A stretch of 59,759 bases of DNA, the filler included, from Platydemus manokwari (Eukaryota), in the NCBI GenBank assembly GCA_037951405.1. It is 5 parts of 5 records of this genome, joined end to end, with 100 filler letters (N's around TTAATTAATTAA, not from the genome) between each part and the next. Parts side by side here need not be neighbours in the genome. Positions count along the whole stretch, not along the records: positions 1 to 14,112 come from JBBMOY011526967.1; positions 14,213 to 28,375 come from JBBMOY011513634.1; 3 more parts are not named here. One strand, written 5' to 3'. Position numbers and translations under genes: made by a program. How positions within the stretch are numbered: the stretch's first letter is position 1; the number at the start of each line of letters is the position of its first letter. Of the stretch, positions 1 through 14,552 are shown one piece after another. The notes below the pieces were generated by a model. The model ran no database searches, was not told the origin of the DNA, and saw only the letters and a list, made by a program, of their open reading frames with translations.

Positions 1-12
1 AAATAATAATGA

Positions 13-77
<65 letters not shown>
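1..77. repeat. (AAT)n microsatellite
   Basis: Near-perfect AAT run at the window start. Confidence 0.95.
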
Positions 78-79
<2 letters not shown>

Positions 80-147
80 TAGATTTTTGAAATTGAATTT
101 AACATTTGTGCGTTGTTCTAATTTAGAGATTTACGAAATTTACGAAA

Positions 148-167
148 CCCCTGGTTGAAAACCACTG
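148..167 (-). mobile_element. isolated hAT/Charlie-type terminal inverted repeat
   Basis: Reverse complement reads CAGTGGTTTTCAACCAGGGG, resembling hAT (Charlie/SPIN-like) ends; no partner end seen. Confidence 0.3.
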
Positions 168-2116
168 GAAAAAAATGTGATCATAGTAATTAAAGTATTG
201 TTAATAAATAAATTTAATAATTCATTTAAAACAATCAATTAAATTAATAGGTTATAAGGGATCAAAGTTTTTATGATTCAATGGCACAAATTGAATCAGA
301 TATATTTACTATTATTGAGATTATCTTCAACAAAAGTTAAAATGGCTTACCACATAAATCCAAAACTGTAATGAGGCTGAAAGACAGATAATTATATTTA
401 CAACTAATGCCAAATATATTCAATATTATTATATTTTTAAAAAAATAATGTGTTTTAAACAAAATCCAGTAATGACTCATCCATTCGACATTTTTTTAAT
501 GATTCAAGGTGGTCTAAATCTTATCCAATTCATTCAACAAATAACCGAATTTTCCATGATATTAGTACTAATATATCCATATTTTATATTTTATTTTCTC
601 TAACAAAATAACTTACTTTTTTACTCTGAATTTATACTTGAAACTATTAACAATTCTGATTACTTATTACCTTAATTAATGTCTCATAATATTCTTTCTA
701 TCGCATGCAATCCGGTATATCAATCAATATGCTTTTTCTCAATGTCTACTGAAGTTCTGCAAACATTATATCCTGTTTTGAAACCGAAAATCCAAGCATT
801 TTAAACAACAGAAATTTAGAAATAAAGTGAAAATTTAAAATCGTCTGAATAAAAGTTCATTATTTAATAAACAGAAATAAAAAATAACAAATACAGAATA
901 TCTTCTAGTCATGAATTTCTGAGAATATTTAGATTTACAATTTAATAAATGGTTGTCTTCAGAATTTTACTTGATAATTCTTCTGTCATTAAAATTCAAC
1001 AGTTTGATGTGATATAAATGTGTTCACATTGATCAAAACAAACAAACATAAATCATCCAGGATGAAATGTATTAAAATAAAGCCATTAAAAAATATTTCT
1101 GTCAACATTGGCATTAAATAATATTTCTAATAGAATAAAATCAATTAATTCTTAATGATAATCCATAATAATTACAGCTGCTGCATCTGTAATTGTTTTA
1201 TTTGTGCATAGCAATGTTTTACATGAGAATTATGAAATTGCTTGTTTTATTAATATCCCATTTAGTATGATGATTGAAATTTTATTAAGATAAAATTTTA
1301 TTTTATAAAACTATATTTAATTGAGTTTTTAACGAAGAAAACCAACAATGGAACAAAATCACAGTCTGATATTTTCCATTCAAGCAACGATTAGAAGGAA
1401 ATTAAACAAAAAAAAAGCTTTTCAGTTAACATATTTTTAGAATATATCTACCATTGGTCAAACGAATTTGGTACTGCAACACCGGATTAAATATTAATAT
1501 TAGTCTGCAGGAAAAATTATTTTTAATTATTTTGTTTAATATTTTAAGCAAAGTAATTTAATTAAGGAATATCAATTGTAAAATTATTGATGTTTTATTA
1601 AAAATTTAATATATTTTAAAAATATGTCAAAATTAGTTTGAGGAATTCTAAACTCTCGTGATTTAAATAATAAGTATGATTATACCAAATAAGAGAGTAG
1701 CTTTAAATTGTGATATCAATCTTATTAAAACTAATCAATAATTATCAACGTTTATGAACAAAATAATAATAGAAAGTCAACAAATTTTGACCCCGGTCAT
1801 TTAAAACTACATCAAAATGAGTTCTCATACATCATATTTAGATTTAGTTAGGATTTATCGAAACATGAAGATTTATTATACATAAACATAACAGTCTTCA
1901 CGACGGTATCACACAATTTCTCACGTGGACTTTCAAATTGAATTCATTAAGATTGATATGTCTGATATTCTGATTAAAGATTTTTTCATTTGAAGCCCTC
2001 TCATTCGCTGTACTAAGAGATAGAATATTAATTCAATAGTTACGAGAGCATTTTATTGGATATTGCTGATAATTAAAATTCTATTTTATTAATTAAAAAA
2101 ATATATTTGTCTAAAG

Positions 2117-2692
2117 TTAAAAAAGGTCTTAAAATATAATTTTAAATTTGTTGAGAGTATTGGAAGATTCTATACAGTTTATTTAATTATATTCTTTAAA
2201 AATATTTTTAATTTTTTATTTGAGTACTTAAGAAGAATTTGTTGTTTGAAATCAAATATTAAATACGCTAGAGCATAAAATCTCCTAAAATTTGATTATT
2301 TGAAAAAATAAAAAAAGTAGGTCGAATTACAATTTATTTAAAATTAGCGAAGACCCCATTTAACAATAGAAGCAAATTAAGAGATATTCTCAATTTTTAC
2401 AATTATTTATAAAAATAACCAATGGTAGTATTAAACATGTCTGTAATTAACTAACTCGATTTATATTTATAAAAATTTAAACCTCAAATAATTATATAGA
2501 ACTGTTGTGATTAGAATGAGAACTTGGTTTTAAAACCATGATTTCTCCCTATTAGACATCTTAAAAAATGAGATATTAACTGAATTAATGAATAAATCAA
2601 ACATAACAGTTATATTTAAAATAAAGTTATAAAATTATCTCATGCGCAAAAATTATTATATCGAAAGTAGGTCAAAGAACCCTTTTTCTTAA
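2117..2692 (+). mobile_element. non-autonomous DNA transposon (MITE family A), copy 1, TTAA-flanked
   Basis: Aligns along its length with the reverse complement of 20869-21448. Ends TTAA-AAAAGGTCTT ... AAGAACCCTTTTTC-TTAA form a short imperfect TIR. Confidence 0.75.
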
Positions 2693-5410
2693 CTTAAACC
2701 AAATATTTATTTTGTTTTGCATGATCAGTGTATCTAAACCAAAATTATTATAACTATTTAATATTATTGCCAAAATTAAGTAAAAAATGAGATTTATACT
2801 AATCAAAATGAAAAGAATTCATTTTAAGATAAATTTATTTAACGAGAATTTTTGATTTTGTTCGAATATTTCTATTTTGAATATTTCCAAAATATTGAAT
2901 ATTTTGAAGCCCAACTATTTCGTCTAACCGGAATCGTGATACATAACAACTGCTAAACAGTCATTAAGAACAAACATAAACTTTCTCATGTTCATATTTC
3001 GTAAATGCAAACAGAATTGAGTGAAGTTCAAGGTAATTAACTGGAATTTATATACCGTTATGGATTGAAAATTATATATGGTATTTGGAAACCCGCTTAA
3101 GTAAAAATCTAAATAAAAAGAAGTTCTCCAAGATGCAAATTCTAAAATCTGGGAAATATTTAGAAAGTAATTTTCGCTTAATATAAATTTTACTTATAGA
3201 TGAGTAAAGTAATTAAATTCATTCTTCCAAGTCGCCTTTAAACTACTTCATTATTATTGTTCGGGCTATTTACAAAAGCGAAATCTTAAATGTGATATAT
3301 GAGATCCCAAATTAATCGAATGTTTATTGATGATGAATGCAAAGCCCGTTGTAACCTAGTGAACGTATTAAATTATAGAAATTCGATAATCACTCTTAAA
3401 TAATTTTTGTTTAAATTGTAGAGTATGTAATAAATAAACTTTAGAAAATTATTAAAAACTGTACATAAAAAAATTTTACAGTAATTCTAAAATAAAAACC
3501 ATTAATAATCTGTTTAAATAAAAAAATAAAATCAATAGAATACATCAAAACGATTTATTTAAACGAAACAGATTAACGATGAGTGCAGGAACATAATAAA
3601 AAGAATCCATTCTTGGCTTCAGTCTTCGGTCTTAAATGATTGGTAGGTTTCTATGTATCGTAATTCTTTGTGTGATTATTCTGACGATTAGTCTTTTATG
3701 GTCATTAATTTCTGTCTCTGTTTTATCTCTCGAGTGCTGAATTGATAATTGACTTTGTTCTTCTGAGTGTAATTCAGAGCTCAAACATTGATAATTTAAT
3801 GTTGAAGAGCTCAATTCGAATTTATAATTATTATTTTCAATATTTAGCTTTAGTGGATATTTGGCAAATTTTATGTAAGACCTTAAAGAGAAATTTATCA
3901 AGATTTCAGTTGTCAAAATATTTTCGAAAAAATGGAGAATCGATTATTAGATATTGTTAAATTCTTAACATTTCTCTTCGTGAACAGTAATCAAAATTTT
4001 TCTTATAACCATTGGGTTTATGTTGTTCAAAGACTGTTAATAAACTAAACAGCGTGAGTTCGTGATAGTGTATATATTATTAGGTTTTATTACAAACCCA
4101 AACGTAAAATTACTTTAAAATTTTATTGAATATCAAATTACAAATTAAATCACCTAGGTTGCCTCAGTCGTAATTCTGCAACAAGTTTAGTTGTCTTGCT
4201 GAGTTTACAAAAACTTTTAAATTATCCACCTGACTATTATTTTAACATTTAAAATTCTTAACCAACTAAACTTAATCAATTTTCTTATTTTGATTTATTT
4301 TGTTCTACCTCTGTTTTATAGTATCAATTTACCCATGTTTCCTGGCTCTTCGCAACATAACTATTTCAATACATATTGATAAATTGACGAGTAAACAATG
4401 GATCCTGGTCAATATTTTGATATTATGATTTTCTTTAACTTCAAATTTCCAATATTTTATTTCATGAACTTTCTGTATTATTTATAGTGTATAAAGCAAT
4501 GATTTCCATAACAATTATTATGTGATTTTGTTTTTTATGTCGAAGTTTAACTTTAAATAGTTCTAACGATTTTAGCTGTTAATCTAGAGACTGCAACAAC
4601 GATATTAGATCTCTTTGTGATTTAATGATATCTCTTATAAACTTGACAGATTCAAACCTATAAGAAATTGAACTCATCAAGTACAAATATTAGTACTAAT
4701 ATTTAAAAAGAACGCGTTTGATAGCTATAAATAAACAAATTTATTTTTTTTACTATTTTTATCTTAAATATATAGTTAAAGTATCAAGCAACAGTCATGG
4801 GAAACCTTGTGTGGTACAAAAAATTCCAAGTCATCTCTGAACCCGGCGCAAATCAATAAATAAGAATCACCCGCTTTCATTTAAGCGAAGAAATCTGTTT
4901 GAAATTTTATTGACAGACATTTGTAGATTAAAATTTAAACATCACAATCTGATGATTCGATCACGTTTCATTAGATTCAAGCCAATGAAAATTAAAACCA
5001 AAAAAGAGAAATATTTTAAATGTATTTTAAATAATAATAACAAACACGATATTACAATTCAAAATTAAGTTTAAAATCAGAAATAATCAACTAAAATATC
5101 TTTCTAAATCAAAAAGATAATTCTCTATAAAATCGATTTTTGTTCGAAAATGTCTTTTTCGGTAAATCGTATTTTAAAGAGTCGAAAATATTCATTATTT
5201 GATGGAAAACATTTGGATATCTTTTTTCGAGCATTCCTGATTATCATTACCAATTATCCCGTAAAGAATATCTGGAATTGTTTAAGCCTTTGGTCGCATT
5301 TAATAAATGATGTTATTTTGTTTACCTATAAATGTGGTTTTTCATATAACTGCTGAAATATGTTTATTTTGATTTTATATCATCGATTCACTGCTATACG
5401 TTGTGATAGA

Positions 5411-5917
5411 TGTTGTTGCGGTAGTCATGTAGATCTGTATTCAATTTCCATCAGAAAAAGTAAAGATTAAATGTCACAAAGATGAAAAGGATTTTGCACC
5501 CTGGAATCCTTATTTTAGCACTGTAGGCAATTACAAGACTACACAACCATACAGAGATGACAATCAACCAATCAAAGCAAACTTAGGTGGGAAATTATGA
5601 TTCGATAAAAGTATATGGCCTCACAGTAACATACATAGAGGAATTGACCAATCCCGAGTATAGAAAATCATCAAGTCCAATAGAAATTTGAGAAATTAAA
5701 GATCAAATTAAAATGTGATAGAAACATCATACAAAGATTACGCAAAAATCTCAAGTATAAATACCGATGTAAAGATGTTCAACTGCCGGTTGAAAGCCAA
5801 ATCTTGGATTGTGTTTTATGGGATATTTTTTCGAGTTTTGGAGGCATTTGTATCGTACTGATTAGTATGTATTAATGAAAATACAGATCGTAATCTTCGA
5901 TTCTTTGGATGTCAACA
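5411..5917 (+). mobile_element. dispersed repeat family B, probable solo LTR
   Basis: Shares blocks (CCTTATTTTA, AACCAATCA..GC..ACTTAGGTGG, CACAGTAAC, CAAGTATAAA.ACCGATGTAAAGAT) with 32423-32762 and 36830-37275. Has TGTTG...CAACA ends plus CCAAT- and TATA-like motifs; no matching TSD found. Confidence 0.6.
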
Positions 5918-6829
5918 ATTGTCTTGTGGTAAACGCGTTATAGATTTGGATCCTTAAGCTATTCAATTATTTAATTATGGATTAGAAGTTCTATTCAAGA
6001 CTTTTTAATTGAAAAAGCTGCAAAAACCAGTCTACCGGTGATAAACTCCGACAATAAGTATTTCCAATTATTAGAAAAGATGAAATCGAAACAATTTGCT
6101 AAATAATTATGACAGAGCAAAAATAATCATGTGATTATGAATTATTTACGAAATTCTATTTCATACTTAGCACGGAATAATTAAATTACCTTGAACTTTA
6201 TTTTTCATTCCAACTTTGTATTTATTGATTAAAATTAATTTTCTTTCATTATTTGCGGTTCATTTACTCTAAATTTATTGAAAAGTATTCATTCAACATT
6301 ATATTTTTATTATTAAGAAGACAAATACAAAAACCTATATATTTGAAGCAGCCTTAAATATAATCTTAATATTCGATAATTGAAATAACTTGTTACTTAA
6401 TATAATTACAGCTACAAGGTATATGTATTATTTCTACGAAAATTAAATAATTAAATTTCCAAATATCGCTTGCAATTTATTGTACTTAAAAAAAAGTGAA
6501 AGTTTAAATTATATTTCGTCTCTTTTCTCATTTTCACTCCTTTATTTTAAGAATGAAGATCAACTAAATAAAAGAAATTATCTTTTTTATAAACAAATTA
6601 CATTTATTTTTGGCGCCGTGTATTTTTATTTATCATTTAAGGAGTCTTAATCGATAAAGACTAAATTTCTTTATCAAAAGATTAATGTCGACAGATATTA
6701 TAATAAATCAAAGATAATTCCCTGCAATGTTTTCATATAATTTTAAAAATTTCATTTCATATATACCCAGATTCAAAATACGTAATAGGAAACATAATTT
6801 CTGGTTTATTGAGAAAAAATAAAATATAA

Positions 6830-7770
6830 TTACAAACTTTTTGTACTTTAACTCAGTACAGTTGTGAAAAATACCATCAATTTTGATTCCTATTCCAAGT
6901 AAAATCAATCTAGATTGTAAATCAATACGAAATGAACTTGGATAAGGTTCTACTTGTTATCTCTTTGGAAAACTCAAACACGTACATCTTGCAGTTAAAG
7001 CACCTTTAAAAGTTATAATACGAAAACAACACTGAAAAAGAAATCGTAGTTTAAGAGAGAAGTTTATAAAAGTACTTGATCAATGCCAAACTTTCAGTAA
7101 AACTGAAAAGTTTCCTTGATTATCCGAATAATCTAAGCCTATATTAAGCTTATGCAGCGAATTATGGAGCTGAATTTTGTATCGTTTGATGCAGATCTTC
7201 AATATTCCATGGTAAACATACTTGAATATATATCCACTTACCATTCAGATAGAATATAATTAAGTTAAAATCAATTTTTAGTTGAAAGAAGCGATCATGT
7301 CCACCATTACTGATACAATTTTGTATCTCGAGAGACTTCTTCCATTGGGATTATTTATTTCATACTGAACCCTGATTAAAATATATGAAGTTGTTTTGTA
7401 CATCAGTAGCTAATGGGTAGATTTGAAAGAAATGATTTAATTCTTTACTTTGTCTAACCAAAAATTGTTTATATACTTTTTAAATTTCCCCTATATCTCA
7501 AAGATTTTACTATTGAGATCTTCTATTTCTGAAGTTATAGATTATTTTAAATTCACAATTTCAAATAGCTTCATCTATATCCAAAGTACTGTATTTATCT
7601 ACACTCATGGTTCTGTCTTTAATTTTGTATGCAACACAATTCTAGTTATACGAGACAGTCATGTAAACATCCAGAATCAAACTCTAGATTTCCTCTTGGG
7701 ATGCTTAATATTTATCTTGAACTGAGTTTAACAAGTACTAAGGATCTTCTCAATAATCTTAAAACTTCAT
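6830..7770 (-). mobile_element. heavily degraded copia-like pol (RT/RNase H) relic
   Basis: Minus-strand fragments VLRLLRRSLVLVKLSSR (cf. copia KLKKSLYGLKQS.R), DIGE (cf. DLG) and TWNRNQ...TE.KY (cf. SW.S.KQ...STTEAEY) occur in the expected order, with many stops and frameshifts. Confidence 0.3.
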
Positions 7771-9203
7771 CAAAAAGCCATTAACCGCCTTCGTAAGCTC
7801 ACTTAACTCCGGTTTTCGCCAACTTTACTGTTTTGATTTAAAATATTTTCTCAAATGGTTCCAGGGTATGAGACCTTCAAAATAAAATTAGCATGGTAAA
7901 AAATTGTTTACTCTTTATGCCCTGAGAATGGAATCAATATCGTTTTTTATTTTCTCAACTCTATCGATGAAACTTATTCTGACTTATCAATCTTGAAATT
8001 AATTGTGAATCAATTCATCGTTGAACTCAGCCAAACTTATTTCATGAATCTAGCCATAAAAGACAAATAATACGATAAAGTCTGGGACAATTCATTGATT
8101 TTAAAAATTAATTTAGTAAATTTTAGTCGAATTCACCTTTTCTAAAGAAATCGTTCCAGGTGTTAGACGAAATCAATCAAGTAAAAATAAGCAAAATGAC
8201 GAATTATTATAGCTTCAGAAGGTCTAGCAAAAAATGGCTTTGATAGTCAAATTTATTGATCTCCTAATACTCTAAATGGTGAGCTATGGATTTAAAGAAT
8301 TTGCTGTAAGACTAAAAATATTATAAAATATTAAATTGTTATGTAAGTCTCCTTATGAAAATAAATATATTTAGGTATTCTTTGATCATATCCAAAATAC
8401 CTTTTAAATGATTCAACTAAAGCAGAAGCACTTAGTGGATTGCCAAGGCATCATAACTCAAACTTCATAAATCCATTACTTTCATTCATAAAAAAGCATG
8501 CCCTAATTCTTGAAAAAATGTATCTCAACCACTTAGATACACGTATGTTATTCATTAATATTTTTCAAATATTGTCTTAACGAGAAATCTTTAGCCTATT
8601 TCGACAAATTACCATCAGTATTGTGCCTATCTTGTAAATTTTTTTGGAATTTAAAATATATTTCATCAAAGGTGTTAATATATCTGTGTTCTTCCTATGA
8701 TATTGGAGAAATATCTAATTTACCTGCTTCGTTATAATTATTAACAATTTTATCATAATTTCGTACAAGATTATTTTTAGTGAAAATATTTAAACTTTTA
8801 AATGAAATTCACCTGAATGAGCATTAGTGGAAAATTTATTTAAAAATTTATTAATAGTTATATTGACTTTTAGGTATTATTGGTTTTTATGTTAGTTGTT
8901 GTTTTAATGTGCTCGTTTGTGGTGTCAACCAGACTCCAAATGATTGGTTGCGTTCGTCAGAAGTAGATGAAGTTAAATATAGATAGTAATAATATGATAA
9001 ATAGCAATAACGCAGTGATGCTAAAATATAATTATGATTCAAAACAATCTACAAATTAAACAACATTTGAATTATTAAGCTTGTGTCAACAAAGAACTGG
9101 CGAAGCGTGGCTTGCTTAACCAGAGGGCAAGATTCACGATACGGATGAACCGTACAATGAATTAAAACCTATAAAAAATATGGGAGACAAAGAAGAGATA
9201 TTT

Positions 9204-9684
9204 AGTTGATACCGAATCTATCGACACGGTATGAAATTTACTCAATGAGTCGCTTTATACCTTGCTGCTTAGTCAGTTGGCTCGTGACGGAGAATTTACG
9301 GCTTGTATTGTTTCTCACAAAAAGTTTCTCGCTGCTTGTAATTTTCTGGTAGATCGCTGCTTAAAGCTGATAAGTGTCAGTTAGCTGTTTATCTAGTAAA
9401 TTTTTGGCGAATTGTTCTGTTTCTCCGGCTGCTTTTATACTAATTTTCGTTATGTCTGTGCCCAATCATAAATTTTCTAATTTTGGAATTCTAAAATCCT
9501 ATTTTTATCTCCTGATCTATTTTTGGAATTAATAAATTCTATTTTTAGATTCTAATATATTTTTGTAATTATTAAATTCTATTTATAGGATTTGATTTAT
9601 TTTTGGAATTTAATTATATTATTATATTTGTGAGTGTGATATGTGCTCATATGCCTAATTGTGGGTTGGATTCGGATCCTAACA
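9204..9684 (-). mobile_element. solo-LTR-like element containing a ~40-bp tandem repeat (9479-9612)
   Basis: Imperfect terminal IR (AGTTGATACCGAATC ... GATTCGGATCCTAACA), minus-strand TATAAAAG near 9435, and about three internal copies of a TATTTTTGGAATT...TCTATTT unit. Confidence 0.4.
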
Positions 9685-9719
9685 TTAAAATCTTACAAAC
9701 ATAACTTATTTTAAAATCC

Positions 9720-9930
9720 TCCTTTTATGAAACCTTTTATTTTCTGTGTATTTTTTCTACTTAACTCAGTATCGAATTATCAAAATATTTATCTAAATGA
9801 AAATTTTTATTTCTTCTGTCTACTTTATATCTTTTTTATTTTTTTTAATCCTTTCTAAATCTTCTTTGCTTATATAACTCTATTTAAATGTGTGCTTTCT
9901 TAAATAGTAGCGGCTTCAGTAATAAATTAT
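9720..9930 (-). mobile_element. short second fragment of the putative R4-like non-LTR element
   Basis: TTTAAATGTGTGCTTTCTTAAATAGTAGCGGCT matches ~12812-12844; translates AATI*ESTHLNR versus AATILKTTH*KR. Confidence 0.35.
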
Positions 9931-11589
9931 CAATACACACACATTTATAACGATATCTCAAAGAGATCAGAATAATAACAAATCCTTACATACAGTTGAA
10001 GATGTGATAAAATCCGGGTCAGAAGGTTTTAGAATCTTTAAATTATTTGGACTCCAGCAGATAAAGATCGTTGCCCCAATTTAATCCTCGGTAATTATCC
10101 AATAATATTGAAAATATAAATAATGATTATAGAATAAAACAATTATAATTATTCCAGAGATTTTATAAGCAATTTAATTCTTTGATTCAATGTTAAGTGG
10201 ATCATCGGATCAATTCTAAGATCAACTTTTATGAAAAGAATCTTTTCCATATATTCAAACCGTATTAGAGATTTTGACTTTTTCAAAATCCCAACAACAA
10301 TGAAGCACCTGTAAAAACTCTAATTACAAAAGTTATGATGAGAAATATTCATCAATAGTGAACTTGTGTTTTGAATTCGTTATCCGAGTTCTTACTTACA
10401 TTTTATACCGATATCTAATTAGTCCGGATTGTTGAAAGATTAATCTTGTCAGTGCTAGCTATGACACCAAAGATGAACAAATTGCCACATGTGCCACGAT
10501 TACAGATAGAAAGTCAAATCGAAGATTCGCATTTCTAATGTTTCCCGAAATGATAGCCTTCTCAATTTTCATTTAATTTCTTCCAGCTAGCAGATAACGT
10601 ACAAACGTTACACACATTCAGAAGATTATCATAGAAGCATGATTTGCGGTTATTGTCTGCGATAAAATATCAGAATTTATAAAATTCAAAACAATGACCC
10701 ACAGTGCAATTTATTTTTCGAATTCGCTCTTCTGTCCAACCAGTTTCCACATCATCGTCATTGTATATGCCCAAATTATTTCTAAAAAATATTCTTCGTT
10801 AGCTTTCGTAACAGATTCTTTCACACATTGATGATTTTAAGATAAACGTAACATGTCAAATATTCTATTAATAAAGAATGTCGAACGATCTTCTTCTGAT
10901 TCATAACTGTTTGGTTCAGATTTTGCCCATAAATCTAACTTGGTGTTGTACGATAACCAACATGCTGCCAATTTGTTCCACCCTTATATATTCCATTCAA
11001 TAAATCAGCCAAACCGATAAGATATTCCCCATTTAATAAAATACATTTCCAAATCACGGATATTTCTGAATCCAAAGCTAATTTGGAATGGCATGTTTTA
11101 CAATTCTCACAAAATCTTTGTTGTGTGTATATCGATCGATAAACTCACAATGATTCACATCGTTGGTAATTGACCGGGCACCCAGACAAGACTGAACTTA
11201 CGAAACAATATTTCAAGACAAGATAAAATATCATTTCAATAATATAAATATATTGAGTTAAACATAAGCACTTTTTCATCCAATAGCAGAATAGCAAATT
11301 ATTTAGAAAACATCAACGATATATCGATCAATGCGAACCATTATCAAACCATTGAGACTGCCAAATATTCGAATAAAGCAAAACATTTGTTTTAAATGAA
11401 ATGTTTTTATTCTTTGATGGCAGATTTTATCAAATAACATAAGCTCTAAAAAGAATCTTTCAAAGTCAAAACCGAAAACCATTTTATCGCAAAATTTAAC
11501 CGAATTTTCAGAAATTTTATTTTCTATTATTTTCATCATTTGAAACTATTTCTAAATTATTGTTTATCAAGACTTTGAAATCCTCACGT

Positions 11590-13380
11590 CTCGCATTCTT
11601 TAAAATTTTAGATTTCTTTCTCAATTTCTGTTGTTGCTTTCTGGTTTTTCACTCTCTTTTCTATGCTTCATATCTTTTACATGGGTATCTTCTATATTTT
11701 CTACATCTTAGTTATTATCTACATCATCTACTCATTTTATCAATACGTTTCATTTATTGGACCTAATTCGTTACTCTTCTGTATTTTTCTTTAATCGACC
11801 TCCTCAGAATCAAAACCTCTTCCTGTTTGCCTGTTACTAGTTTATAAAATGAGGCTTGTATATTCTAAAGTGAATATTCTATTCGTATGCAACTCATCAT
11901 TATGTTTGGATATGGGAACAGGTTCAGAGGGTTTCATAGTTTTATATTTTTATGAAATGAAGTACACGCAATCGATTCCTAAATTATGAAACGTGTTATT
12001 GATTTTTATAAACACGGTTCAAGATGTTTAAGGAATTAAAAAGAATGAGCCATGTTGGAGACTGATAACATCATTGTATCCAGACAAGAGAAAGGAACAC
12101 CAAATATGATAATCGATAGTCTTTAATTAAGGAAAAGTATTTAGTAGCTAAAGATATTGAAAAATTACAAACGAAAAGCAAACCTTTATTTGTAACACAT
12201 CATGAGAACATTTACCAGAAACTAATCATTATTGATATGGCCTTTTACCATTAAGACTCTCTTCTATAGATGTGCACCAATCGTCATTTTCTCAAGCTTT
12301 CTGTCAGTGATTTTCTGCCTGATATGCACAAACTTTTGTGTCTGTTTCAGCTGTTGATTATCTCATAAATTATTTTTATCCTTTTCGGGCAAGTCATCCC
12401 GTGCTTCATTCGTATTTCAAGCATTGTTGTCATATTTTTTGGTCATTTTCCTTAGTTTTAGTACGAAACAATAGGCGTGTTCATTTTTCACCAAGGCTTT
12501 CTTTTTCATTATGATGTAATCTCTTGTAGCATGTAAGCAATTCTGTTTATCTTTATTATCGTGCTGCACTATCAACGATATTATGACTGGTGTTGTAAAC
12601 ATTGAATTTCAAGCTTGTCCATCAAATGCTCGTCCTTTGCTGATGTTTTTCTTATTACAATTTTTATTTACATACTATTTCCGGATTAATATTGGTTTAT
12701 CTGGTTACCTCTCATTTCCGATCTTGTGATTCTGGAATAATGGTGTTTTCATCGCATTTTCTTACAATTATTTCTTCTTTATATTTTTGGTGTTTTGATT
12801 TTTCAGCTCGTTTTTAATGTGTGGTTTTTAAAATAGTAGCGGCTAAAACAAATAGGCTGACCATGCTATTTACATAGCGGATCTATTTTCGAATCAAATC
12901 TAGATATTTCGTTGTACTTGTTCCATAAGTCTCGGTAACTTATTATAAACTCATGTAAAGTATTCTCGTTGATTATCTGTGACACATCACAATTACCATG
13001 ATTCTCTGTCTCTGCTTAAAGACTGCTTATTCGGATTTATTGTTGTAATTTTTTCTGACGTTCTGTCTCACTCATTAGTTTCAGTATCCATCAACTACGT
13101 GTGTTGTGCATTACGATTTATTATCCTTATCTTTACTTACCCATTTTATGTTTTTTCCATTATTCTGTTGTCATTTTCATCATTTATTGGAGATGAAAAC
13201 CTGATTTTATTTCTTTGACATATCCTTTGGAAATATCCTCAAAATTAAAATAATCATTTCCTCAACTATTATCATTAATCTTTCTGAAATAATTCTTGTT
13301 CTTATTCAATCCAATCAAATTAATTTTCCAGATAGATCTCCCGGTATAGTTGAACAATCTAATAATTAATTTAGCCCTCC
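11590..13380 (-). mobile_element. degraded non-LTR retrotransposon, pre-RT region (R4/Dong-like)
   Basis: Ordered minus-strand fragments YREIYLE, KLPRLMEQ, NSMVSLFVLAATIL, NRIF...QASFYKLVTGKQEEV and EA*KRVKNQKATTEI resemble the N-terminal-to-RT-domain-0 region of R4-clade ORFs. Interrupted and frameshifted. Confidence 0.4.
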
Positions 13381-14045
13381 AAAAAATGACATTAAAAGCT
13401 ATCATTTCGCAGTTAATGATAATAATTTTAAGCATTTTCAAAGAAAAATTAAAAATTTAGCGTTGAGTTTTACTAAAAAAAAATTAGGTCGTTTTAGATT
13501 GGATTCCTTTTGGATCTCAGGTTTGGAAGACTCCAATTCAGACTACATGAAGGAAAATGCAAAGGGGGAAGGATTATTGAATTGGACGAGATTCCTCATA
13601 TATTCTATATCTCATCGTTTAATTATAGATACAAAATAGGGATTTTTCCACCGGTACAGAAAATGTTTATATTTCAACCCTGATAATAGAAAAAATAATT
13701 ATAATTCTCATTGTTTAGGTGAAAATGAACTAAAAAAGATTGAAATAAAAAAGTAATACTTTTGGTAGTTGGGGGATTTCAATACATTTCAAAAATTAAA
13801 CTTTATTTTGAATAAAACTCTATCAAATAAAGCTGAGACCGAAGCATCTTTATATCATGAATTATCTACCCGGTAATATCAATATCCAGCAAAATATTAT
13901 ATATTGAAGATTTTATTATCTATACGTGATAATAAAGAATCGATTGTTTCAAGTTAAGTATAATAAACTAAGCATCTACTTCTTGTCCATATAAAAAATA
14001 GTTTAACATCAAATTCTTAATATAAAATAAATTAAATTAAATTAA

Positions 14046-14046
<1 letters not shown>

Positions 14047-14112
<66 letters not shown>
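14047..14112. repeat. (TTA)n microsatellite at contig end
   Basis: Perfect TTA run abutting the gap. Confidence 0.95.
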
Positions 14113-14212
14113 NNNNNNNNNNNNNNNNNNNNNNNNNNNNNNNNNNNNNNNNNNNNTTAATTAATTAANNNNNNNNNNNNNNNNNNNNNNNNNNNNNNNN
14201 NNNNNNNNNNNN
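14113..14212. other. assembly spacer N44-TTAATTAATTAA-N44
   Basis: 100-nt artificial linker with stops in all six frames. Confidence 0.97.
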
Positions 14213-14552
14213 ATGGGTGATGCATTATGGGTGATAAAACTAAATCTTCTAACTAATCGCTCTAAATAACTTTATAATTTGATAAATTTAATTTTAAATA
14301 TTAGATTTTAATTTAATAAAAATCAATTTAAATATAATAAAAACAGTACTGGGTTATTAATCAAGCAGAATTTTTATCTTAAAACATTGAAATAATTATT
14401 TTAGGTCGCGAAGTGTATTATAATTCAAAAACATCGAAAACATGTAAATTATACGAAGATTTGATGACTAAATATTAATAATTAAAAACATTTTGTTATA
14501 ATATTTTGTTTAGTTTATATATTCAAAATTTAAAATCTAGCAATTTTGTATA

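Noticed and set aside
1090-1295. Hydrophobic stretch resembling class C GPCR transmembrane helices
   Set aside because: In-frame stops, no convincing splice sites, and AT-rich DNA readily yields I/F/L-rich translations.
14157-14168. TTAATTAATTAA as a biological motif
   Set aside because: It is centred in N runs identically four times, so it is an assembly linker.
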